Shown: positions 1-7,404 of the stretch, piece after piece | Position numbering within the stretch: position 1 is the stretch's first letter | Layout: each line of letters starts with the position of its first letter | Source of the DNA: an uncultured Gemmatimonadales bacterium | GTDB taxonomy: Bacteria; Gemmatimonadota; Gemmatimonadetes; Longimicrobiales; Longimicrobiaceae | DNA: 64,000 nt | NCBI GenBank assembly: GCA_963716255.1 | Contig: OY970303.1 | Span: 6,432,001-6,496,000 of the forward strand | Reading direction: 5' to 3' | Program-made: the position numbers and the translations under genes | The notes under the pieces: generated by a model | Told to the model about the DNA's origin: nothing | The model's input: the letters and a program-made list of their open reading frames with translations, nothing else | Database searches by the model: none

Positions 1-1452
1 GTGGTGAGCCTGACGCGCGACGGCGGGACGACGTGGACGCGGGTGACGCCGCCGGAGCTGCCGGAGCTCGCGCGGATCTCGCTGGTGGAGGCGTCGCCGC
101 ACGCGGCGGGGAAGGCGTACGTGGCGGCGAACCGCTACCAGCAGGAGGACCGCGCGCCGTACCTGTTCCGCACGGAGGACTTCGGGCGCAGCTGGACGCG
201 CATCACCACGGGGATCCCCGAGGGCGACTTTCTCCGCGCGGTGCGCGAGGACCCGAAGCGCGCCGGGCTGCTGTACGCGGGGACGGAGAACGGGATCTGG
301 GTGTCGTGGGACGACGGGGCGCACTGGCAGTCGCTGCGCCAGAACCTGCCGGTGACGCAGGTGTCCGACATCGCGGTGGAGGAGAACGACCTGGTGGTCG
401 CCACGCACGGCCGCGGCTTCTACGTGCTGGACGACATCGCCCCCCTGCGGCAGCTGTCCCCCCGGGCCGCCGGGGGGCGGGTGCACCTGTTCGACCCGGT
501 GGACCCGGTGCGGGCGGTGGACGCGGGCGTGGCCGTGTACTACCGGCTGGAGCGCCCGGCGCGGCGCGTGACGCTGGAGTTCCTGGACGCCCGGGGGCAG
601 GTGGTGCGCGCCTTCGCCGGGAGCGCGGCGGACACGGCGAGGTCGGGCGGGGCGGGGCAGGGCGGCGGCGGCGGCGACGACGACGACGGCCCGGCGACGC
701 CCGCCGAGCCCAGGGTGCCGACCAGGGCGGGGATGAACCGCTTCGCCTGGAACCTGCGCACCCGTGGGCCCACCACCTTCCCGGGGATGGTGCTGTGGGT
801 GGCGGGGAGCAACGGCCCGCGCGTGGTGCCGGGCACCTACCGGGTGCGGCTCGTGGTGGACGGAGCGCGGCAGGAGCAGGAGTTCGTGGTCCGCAAGGAC
901 CCGCGCCTCACGGGCGTGACGCAGCAGGACCTGGAGCGGCAGTTCGAGCTGGCCACCCGCATCCGCGAGGCGACCAGCCGCGCCAACGAGGCGGTGATCC
1001 GCATCCGCGACGTCCGCTCGCAGGTGGACGACCGGGCGCAGCGCGCCGCCGACCCCGCGGTATCCGCCGCGGCGGACTCGCTGCGGGCCCGGCTGGGCGC
1101 GGTGGAGGAGGCCGTGTACCAGGTGCGCCTGCAGAGCAACCAGGACCCGCTCAACTACCCCATCCGCCTGAACAACAAGCTCGCGGCGCTGCTGGGGGTG
1201 GTGGAGAGCGCCGAGGCGCGCCCCACGGACCAGACGTACACGGTGTTCGACGAGCTGTCGAAGCGGCTCGACGCGCAGCTCGAGCGGCTGGGCGAGCTGC
1301 TGGGCACGGACGTGGCGGCGCTCAACGACCTGCTGCGTGCCCGGCGCCTGCCGGCGGTGGACACCACGCGCGACGTGGAGCCGCAGGCTGCGGCGAGTGC
1401 GCCCGCGGGCGACGAGGACGGCGAGGAGGAGGGGGAGCACAGGGACTGGTAA
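1..1452 (+). CDS. VPS10/BNR-repeat glycosyl hydrolase-like secreted protein, C-terminal part (5' truncated by the window)
   Basis: Asp-box repeats (TRDGGTTW, TEDFGRSW, SWDDGAHW), then a FlgD-like NRFAWNLR/PGTYRVRL segment and a helical tail. Confidence 0.85.
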   Translation: MVSLTRDGGTTWTRVTPPELPELARISLVEASPHAAGKAYVAANRYQQEDRAPYLFRTEDFGRSWTRITTGIPEGDFLRAVREDPKRAGLLYAGTENGIWVSWDDGAHWQSLRQNLPVTQVSDIAVEENDLVVATHGRGFYVLDDIAPLRQLSPRAAGGRVHLFDPVDPVRAVDAGVAVYYRLERPARRVTLEFLDARGQVVRAFAGSAADTARSGGAGQGGGGGDDDDGPATPAEPRVPTRAGMNRFAWNLRTRGPTTFPGMVLWVAGSNGPRVVPGTYRVRLVVDGARQEQEFVVRKDPRLTGVTQQDLERQFELATRIREATSRANEAVIRIRDVRSQVDDRAQRAADPAVSAAADSLRARLGAVEEAVYQVRLQSNQDPLNYPIRLNNKLAALLGVVESAEARPTDQTYTVFDELSKRLDAQLERLGELLGTDVAALNDLLRARRLPAVDTTRDVEPQAAASAPAGDEDGEEEGEHRDW

Positions 1453-1605
1453 CGGCCGGACGGAGTACGTCGTGACGGCCGGCGGCCGGGATCCCAGAGG
1501 GGATCCCGGCCGGTTCACTTTCGGCAGGCTGGTCGGCCGGTCGCGCGGACCGTAACTTCACCCCGTCCCGACGCTCCGCCCATTCTCGCCCCGATCGTCT
1601 GCCTC

Positions 1606-2235
1606 ATGCGCCCCTCGATCCACCGAGCCCTCCTCCTCGCCATTGCCTCGTCGCTGGCCGCGTGCGGGCGTTCCGCGCCCGAGCCGCCGCAGCCTCCTCC
1701 CGCGGAAGCCCCGCCGCCGGCCTCTGCGCCGCCGCCCCCGGCCGCCGCGCCCGCCGTGGACGCCCCGCGCAGCGTCGCCACCCCGCTGGCGGAGGCGGGC
1801 TGCACCACGGTCCGCACGGACCCGGAGACGGGCGGCAGCACGCAGGCGTGTCCCGGCGTGGGCGGCTACACGGTGCTGGTGCTGGACGACGACGCGCGCA
1901 TGTCCATCACGCTGCGCGCGCCGGGCGGCGCCGAGCACCCGCTGGAGCTGTGGAGCACGGTCACCTCGGCGTTCTCGTCGCTGGGGGACAGCCTGGAGTG
2001 GCGGGTGCGCGGGGCGGGGGAGGGGGCGGTGCCGTACGCGCTGGTGGTGGAGGTGCGCGCCAGCGAGTCGCCCGAGGACCCGGAGCGGGTGACCGTGCTC
2101 CGCGCGGTGGCGAAGGTGGGTCCGGGCGGGAGCTGCGTCACCCACCGGCTGGACGCCGCCGCCACGCGCGACCAGGTGCTCCGGGCCGCCGACGCCGCGC
2201 CCGGCCGGCCCTGCCTCGCCCGCCCGGGAGACTAG
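1606..2235 (+). CDS. hypothetical lipoprotein
   Basis: lipobox LAAC followed by a Pro-rich linker; GC3-rich codons. Confidence 0.7.
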   Translation: MRPSIHRALLLAIASSLAACGRSAPEPPQPPPAEAPPPASAPPPPAAAPAVDAPRSVATPLAEAGCTTVRTDPETGGSTQACPGVGGYTVLVLDDDARMSITLRAPGGAEHPLELWSTVTSAFSSLGDSLEWRVRGAGEGAVPYALVVEVRASESPEDPERVTVLRAVAKVGPGGSCVTHRLDAAATRDQVLRAADAAPGRPCLARPGD

Positions 2236-2337
2236 CCGGCGCGCCGCCTCCGGGATCCGGCACCGCGTCCTGCCAGATCCGCACCCGGTCGGCCGGCGCG
2301 AGGTGGAGGGCCTCGCCCGGCCGCACCCCGAACGAGA

Positions 2338-2369
2338 GACGCCCCCGCCGGCACTCCGGCGGGGGCGTC
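2338..2369. terminator. GC-rich hairpin between convergent genes (family C)
   Basis: GACGCCCCCGCCGG-cact-CCGGCGGGGGCGTC followed by CCCCTTTT. Confidence 0.65.
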
Positions 2370-2404
2370 CCCCTTTTCGCACTTCCGCACTTCCGGTCCC
2401 GTCC

Positions 2405-3226
2405 CTACCACCCCGGCCCCACCCCCAGCGACAGACCCTCGCCGCTCAGCGTCAGCGACACCGACGCCCCCGGCGAGCCTCCCTCCGGCACGGTCTCGTC
2501 CGGGTCGTCGTCCCTGTCGTGGTAGCGGACCACCTGCAGCCCGACGAACGTGCCGAGCGCCGCGCCGGCGAGCACGTCCGTGGCCCAGTGCTTGTTGTCG
2601 TACATGCGCGACACGCCCACCAGCGCCGCGCCGCCGTACAGCGCCGCCCCCACGGGCCACTCCCAGCCGGGCATCCTGCGCGCCGTCTCGGCGGTGAACA
2701 CCGTGGCCGCGGCAAAGGCGTCGGACGCGTGGCCGGAGAAGAACGACTGGTAGCGGTTGTCGCCGAATCCACGGCCCAGCTTGAAGTCGCGCGGCCGGTC
2801 CAGGTCCACGTTGGGGCGGGCGCGGCCCGCGATCCCCTTGACCCCGCGCGTCAGCAGCTCGGCGAGGAGCACGGCCTCGGTGCCGTGCCGCCCCACGTCG
2901 CGCATCCCGTCGCTGCCCGTGGCCGCACCCGCCGCGAAGAGCGCGCCCGAGATCACCAGCGTCCCCGGCCGCGCCAGCGTGTTGAATCCCGTCGTCGCCC
3001 TGCGGGCGAACACCACCGCCTGCACGGTGGAGTCCTGGATGCGGGCCGCCAGGTAGCGGTCCACCGGCCAGAGCGCCGCGCTCCCCAGGAGGAAGCCCGC
3101 GGTCACCGCCGCGTCGGCCCGGCTGATGAGCGGCCCGTCGTCCTGGCGGGCCGGCTGCTGCGAGCCCTGCGCGCCGAGCAGCGACGGCGCGAGGGCGAGG
3201 CAGGCGAGAGCGAGCAGCGTGCGCAT
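2405..3226 (-). CDS. PAP2-family phosphatase with signal peptide
   Basis: KGIAGRARP, SFFSGH and SRMYDNKHWATDV motifs; start placed at MRTLLALAC. Confidence 0.88.
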   Translation of the reverse strand: MRTLLALACLALAPSLLGAQGSQQPARQDDGPLISRADAAVTAGFLLGSAALWPVDRYLAARIQDSTVQAVVFARRATTGFNTLARPGTLVISGALFAAGAATGSDGMRDVGRHGTEAVLLAELLTRGVKGIAGRARPNVDLDRPRDFKLGRGFGDNRYQSFFSGHASDAFAAATVFTAETARRMPGWEWPVGAALYGGAALVGVSRMYDNKHWATDVLAGAALGTFVGLQVVRYHDRDDDPDETVPEGGSPGASVSLTLSGEGLSLGVGPGW

Positions 3227-3323
3227 GGGATGCGGCGTGGAGCGGGTCACGGAAGGGGCGCGGCGATGCCTCCGCCGCGCCCCGTGGATCCGCACCGCCC
3301 CTGCAAGGCGAGGGCCGGCCGCG

Positions 3324-3701
3324 TCACCCGTTCCCGCCGTCCGCCTGGTCGTGCGCCCCCGGCACCTCGTCGCGGCCGTGCGCCTGGGCGGGCGGGTGCG
3401 TGGCCTCCACCGCGGTGAAGGGCTCCAGGATCCGGTAGGTGTGCGACGCGCCCTTTGGCACCACCCAGGAATCGCCCGGCTCCAGCAGGACCATCTGTCC
3501 CTCCAGGTGCAGCTCGGCGCGGCCGGACACCACGAAGCCCACGGTCTCGTAGTCGCGCGCGCTGGCGGGCTTTGCGTCGGTGGCCGCCTCCTTCTCCCAC
3601 ATGCGCATGCCGATGCCCACGCCGGCGGCCAGGTACTTCTGACCCATGTCTCCGCGCGGCGAGGTCGCCGAGCTGACCTTCTGGATGCTCTTGTCCGCCA
3701 T
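3324..3701 (-). CDS. cupin domain protein
   Basis: YETVGFVVSGRAELHLEG...LEPGDSWVVPKGASHTY cupin motifs. Confidence 0.85.
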   Translation of the reverse strand: MADKSIQKVSSATSPRGDMGQKYLAAGVGIGMRMWEKEAATDAKPASARDYETVGFVVSGRAELHLEGQMVLLEPGDSWVVPKGASHTYRILEPFTAVEATHPPAQAHGRDEVPGAHDQADGGNG

Positions 3702-3833
3702 GGTGCTCTCCGTATCCGTGGTTTGGCCATCCGTCCCGGCGATCCGGGAGGCGCGCAGCGGAAGCACGCTCCGTGCCGGGTAAGTTCCTGTAAGCTTCTA
3801 CAGATACGGATTCAACGGCCATGGATCGGAAGT

Positions 3834-3969
3834 GCGGGTTCGGGCGTGCCCCCGGCTGGCGCCGGGGTCGGGCTTCGGCTCCGTAGCAGACGAAACGACC
3901 GTCTGCAACGGAGTCGAGCCCCGCAAACTGCGCGGGTCTCGCCCCTTCGGGCCGGAATCCCTCACGCGG
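3834..3969 (+). repeat. dispersed structured repeat family A, copy 1
   Basis: GGGTTCGGGCGTGCCCCCGG...GGGGTCGGGCTTCGGCTCCGT...ATCCCTCACGCGG, repeated across the window. Confidence 0.92.
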
Positions 3970-4072
3970 CTCCGGGGCGTGGGCCGGCGTGCAGCGGAGG
4001 TCCGGGTGCGCGAAACCCCCTCCTCCCCGGCCGGGTGGAGGGGGTTAGCAGTCCCGTCCTCCGGACCGCGTA

Positions 4073-4612
4073 CTACCTCGCAGCCACCACGGGCCGCGCC
4101 TCCCGCCCGCGCAGCAGCCCCACGATGCGCTCCAGGTGCACCCGGTCGGTCTCGTCGAAGGCGTCCAGGAGGGTGCTGTCCACGTCCAGCACCGCGATCA
4201 GCTCGCCCGCGGCGTCCAGCACGGGCACCACGATCTCCGACGCGGAGGCCGCGTCGCAGGCGATGTGGCCGGGAAAGGCGCCGACGTCCGGCACGACGAG
4301 GGTGCGCCGCTCGCGGGCGCAGGCACCGCACACACCGCGGTCGAAGCGGATGCGCAGGCACCCCATCGTCCCCTGGTACGGACCCACCAGCAGCTCGTCC
4401 GCGGCCACCCGGCGGTAGAAGCCGGTCCAGAAGTAGTAGGGAAATGCGTTGTGCAGCAGGCAGACGACGGTCGCCATCCCGGCCAGGAGGTCCGGCTCGC
4501 CCTCCAGCACCGCCTCGATCTGCGCGCCGACCTCGCGGTAGCGCGCCTCCTTGTCCTCCGCGGAGAGCCGCAGCTCCCCCGTCCGGTCCGCCACCCGCGT
4601 GTGCTCCGCCAT
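4073..4612 (-). CDS. msrC: GAF domain protein, free methionine-R-sulfoxide reductase-like
   Basis: WTGFY, GPYQG..GC, GVCG, HIACD..S.SEIVVP and DVDS motifs. Confidence 0.8.
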   Translation of the reverse strand: MAEHTRVADRTGELRLSAEDKEARYREVGAQIEAVLEGEPDLLAGMATVVCLLHNAFPYYFWTGFYRRVAADELLVGPYQGTMGCLRIRFDRGVCGACARERRTLVVPDVGAFPGHIACDAASASEIVVPVLDAAGELIAVLDVDSTLLDAFDETDRVHLERIVGLLRGREARPVVAAR

Positions 4613-4882
4613 GCTCGGCTCCGTTTGCCCGTGTGCTCGCGCGATCCCCCGGAAAGATAACCATGGCCCCTGCGGCGCGGAGTCCGTGCGATTCAGGTCT
4701 TCCCGGTGCCGTCCGTATTCGAACGAGCCCAGGTCGCAATCGGCGCCTCCCCCCCCCGTTTCTGTCACTCTTGCCCGGGCCGGAATATCCGTTTACTGTG
4801 GAATGTCCCGAATTTTGCGGGCGTTTCCGCCTCCTGCGGGCGGCGCGCCCCATCGCCTCACCCCGTACGCCGGAGAACCCCG

Positions 4883-5047
4883 ATGACCCGGATCGTTAAA
4901 GCCCCCGGCCGGTTCCTGTTCGCCGCCGCCATCGCCTGCGCCCTCGGATTCGGGGCGACGCAGGCGTTCGCCTCGCCGGCCGCCTCGCTGGCCGGGGTTT
5001 GCGGCCCCGGCTGCATCTACCGGCAATACCAGTGCATCTGCCTCTGA
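4883..5047 (+). CDS. small secreted Cys-rich peptide (54 aa), defensin-like CxxxC...CxC
   Basis: GGAGA RBS at 4872-4876; signal peptide ending AFA; mature part SPAASLAGVCGPGCIYRQYQCICL; hairpin downstream. Confidence 0.8.
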   Translation: MTRIVKAPGRFLFAAAIACALGFGATQAFASPAASLAGVCGPGCIYRQYQCICL

Positions 5048-5076
5048 CGCAGTGACGAGCCGGAGCAGGGAAGCCG

Positions 5077-5106
5077 CGAAGGGCCCGCCGCGAGGCAGGC
5101 CCTTCG
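5077..5106. terminator. hairpin between the peptide gene and the convergent antiporter gene
   Basis: CGAAGGGCC...GGCCCTTCG inverted repeat. Confidence 0.55.
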
Positions 5107-5146
5107 TCGTCCGGGTGAGGCTCGCGGCATCCAGCCGTCCCAGACG

Positions 5147-6505
5147 CTACGCGCGGATGGCCGGGTCCCCGTCCGCTTCCTCGTCCAACTTGCGCCCGCC
5201 CCCGTCGCCGCGGCCCTTCTGGTAGCGGCGCATGAGCGGCGTCACCGTGACGCCGTGCACCACGATGGAGGTGACCACCACCGCAAGCATCAGCGCCGTC
5301 AGCCGCTCGGCGACGTCCCGGGGGATCCCGTGCTCTATGGCGTAGGCCAGGTAGTAGACCGAGCCGATGCCGCGGATGCCGAACCAGGAGACCAGCCGCC
5401 GGCGCGTGGGCGACACGTCGGCGCCCAGCAGGCCGGCGTACACCGCGAGCGGGCGGATCCCCAGGAAAAGGAGGGGGACGAACCAGACGGCGTCCGGCGA
5501 CAGGTAGCTCTGCGACAGCATTCCTCCCAGCAGCACCACCACCCCCACCGTCCCGATGCGCTCCAGCTGCTCGCTGAAGGCGAGCACCGCCTGCGCCATG
5601 TACGCCGGGGCCTTTTCCCGGTCGGTGGCGATCTCGTCGGCGGCGTCGCCGGCCGCCTCCATGCGCACGTCCGCCGGGGGCTCGTCCGCGCCGGTGTGGC
5701 TGCGCTCGATGCGGCGCAGCGCCAGCCCCGCCGCGAACACCGCCAGGAAGCCGTAGGTGTGCAGCAGGAGGGCGGCCCCGTACGACAGCGCGATAAGCCC
5801 CAGCGCCAGGAAGTCGTCCAGCCCCACCGCCTCCTTGTGCTCGCGGCGCAGGAACAGGATGAAGCGCCCCACCGCCATCCCCATCACGCTCCCCACCGCC
5901 AGCCCGCCGGCGATGGACCAGGCCACGTCCACCGCCAGCCACTTCCACCCCCACTCCCCGATCTCGTGCACCCCCAGCAGCCCCAGCCCCAGCATCACGA
6001 AGGGAAATGCGGTGCCGTCGTTGAGGCCGGCCTCGCCGGTGAGGCTGAAGCGGAGCTGGTCGCGGTCGGTGGGGTGCTCCACCTGCACGTCGGCGGCGAG
6101 AACCGGGTCGGTGGGGGCGAGCACGGCGCCCAGCAGGATGGCCGCGCCCAGCGGGAGCCCCATCCCCAGCACCCCCGCCGCGGCGATCAGCCCCACCGTC
6201 GCCGTCATGGACACGAAGGCGAGCCGCACCGGCACGCGCCAGCGCGGGTCGTCCAGCGGGGTGCGCAGCTTGAGCCCGGCGGAAAAGAGCGACACGATCA
6301 CCGCCACCTCGGTGATGCGCTCCAGCAGCGCCGCCTGCTCCACCGGGTCCACGTGGAGCAGGTCCAGCGCCAGCGGTCCCGCCAGCACCCCCGCCGCCAG
6401 GTACACCATGGCGACCGACAGCGGCAGGCGCTTCAGCACCGAGCCGGCCACCGCCAGCAGCACGAGCAGGGCGCCGACGACCAGGAACCAGGTGATCGCG
6501 GTCAA
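5147..6505 (-). CDS. cation:proton antiporter (CPA1/NhaP-like)
   Basis: many TM segments; LAPTDPV, GEAGLNDG and WFGIRGIGS motifs; TTG start inferred because the longer ORF begins inside repeat A. Confidence 0.9.
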   Translation of the reverse strand: MTAITWFLVVGALLVLLAVAGSVLKRLPLSVAMVYLAAGVLAGPLALDLLHVDPVEQAALLERITEVAVIVSLFSAGLKLRTPLDDPRWRVPVRLAFVSMTATVGLIAAAGVLGMGLPLGAAILLGAVLAPTDPVLAADVQVEHPTDRDQLRFSLTGEAGLNDGTAFPFVMLGLGLLGVHEIGEWGWKWLAVDVAWSIAGGLAVGSVMGMAVGRFILFLRREHKEAVGLDDFLALGLIALSYGAALLLHTYGFLAVFAAGLALRRIERSHTGADEPPADVRMEAAGDAADEIATDREKAPAYMAQAVLAFSEQLERIGTVGVVVLLGGMLSQSYLSPDAVWFVPLLFLGIRPLAVYAGLLGADVSPTRRRLVSWFGIRGIGSVYYLAYAIEHGIPRDVAERLTALMLAVVVTSIVVHGVTVTPLMRRYQKGRGDGGGRKLDEEADGDPAIRA

Positions 6506-6634
6506 CGTGTTCTTTGAGGCGGAGTTGCAGGGGGTCGCATCGAGCGGCGGGGGGTGCAAGAGGTGTTCCGGGGTGGTGTCGGAGGTGTGTACAGGGTTCT
6601 GGGCGGGGGCCGTGCGGACGGACGGGACACGGCG

Positions 6635-6791
6635 GCGGGTTCGGGCGTGCCCCCGGCTGCGCCGGGGTCGGGCTTCGGCTCCGTAGAGCAGCAAACAACG
6701 CTGCTCAACGGAGGCGAGCCCCGCGAAACTGCCCGCGGGTCTCGCCCCTTCGGGCCGAAATCCCTCACGCGGGCTCCGCGCTGACGTCCGC
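6635..6791 (+). repeat. repeat family A, copy 2
   Basis: same termini as copy 1; inner stem GAGCAGC/GCTGCTC. Confidence 0.92.
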
Positions 6792-6825
6792 AGGGGGAAT
6801 CGCGTGACCGGGGCGACAATCGTCG

Positions 6826-6854
6826 TTGACCCTGCGCGACGCGCTCCGTAACGT
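6826..6854 (+). promoter_or_regulatory. putative sigma70 promoter of the defensin-like gene
   Basis: TTGACC-17 nt-TAACGT upstream of the GAGGAGG RBS. Confidence 0.5.
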
Positions 6855-6916
6855 GCACCCGCACGTCTGCCGCGGCCGGTTGGCCGCGGACCCGAACCTT
6901 TCGAGAGGAGGGACCC

Positions 6917-7144
6917 ATGGGCTCCACGCTGAACCGCCTTCGCCGGGGACTGCTCGCGGTCGCCTTCGTGGGTTCCCTTGGCTTCGGCGCCACGCAGGCG
7001 CTCGCCAGCCCGGACCCGGCGCGCATCAAGTACTGCACGGACCTGGGGACCGACTACTACACCTCGTACTGCGCCTTCGGCTGCCCGGGCAACCGGGGAT
7101 ACTGCCGGATGGGAGGCGTGTGCGTCTGCGGCGAGATGCCCTGA
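6917..7144 (+). CDS. secreted six-Cys CS-alpha-beta defensin-like peptide (75 aa)
   Basis: GAGGAGG RBS; signal peptide ending ALA; C-x11-C-x3-C-x6-C-x5-C-x-C with GYC. Confidence 0.85.
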   Translation: MGSTLNRLRRGLLAVAFVGSLGFGATQALASPDPARIKYCTDLGTDYYTSYCAFGCPGNRGYCRMGGVCVCGEMP

Positions 7145-7240
7145 GACCTGCCGGCACGAATGCAGCTCGGCCCCGTGCCTCCATGGAGACGCGGGGCCGA
7201 ATGCATTCTCGATGTGCCCCGCCGAGCCACGTCGGAGCCT

Positions 7241-7377
7241 GCGTGAGGGATTACGGCCCGAAGGGGCGAGACCCGGCGGCAGTTTGCCGGGGCTCGCCTC
7301 CGTTGCAGACGGTTGTTTCGTCTGCTACGGAGCCGAAGCCCGACCCCGGCGACAGCCGGGGGCACGCCCGAACCCGC
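7241..7377 (-). repeat. repeat family A, copy 3 (inverted)
   Basis: reverse complement of the family A consensus. Confidence 0.92.
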
Positions 7378-7404
7378 CCTTGAAGGCAGTTCCATCCGGA
7401 CCCG

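Noticed and set aside
4883..7144. Cys-rich peptides as lanthipeptide, ranthipeptide or other RiPP precursors
   Set aside because: No modifying enzyme or peptidase-ABC exporter in the window; the leaders look like Sec signals and the even Cys count in the mature parts fits disulfides. Trans-acting enzymes elsewhere cannot be excluded
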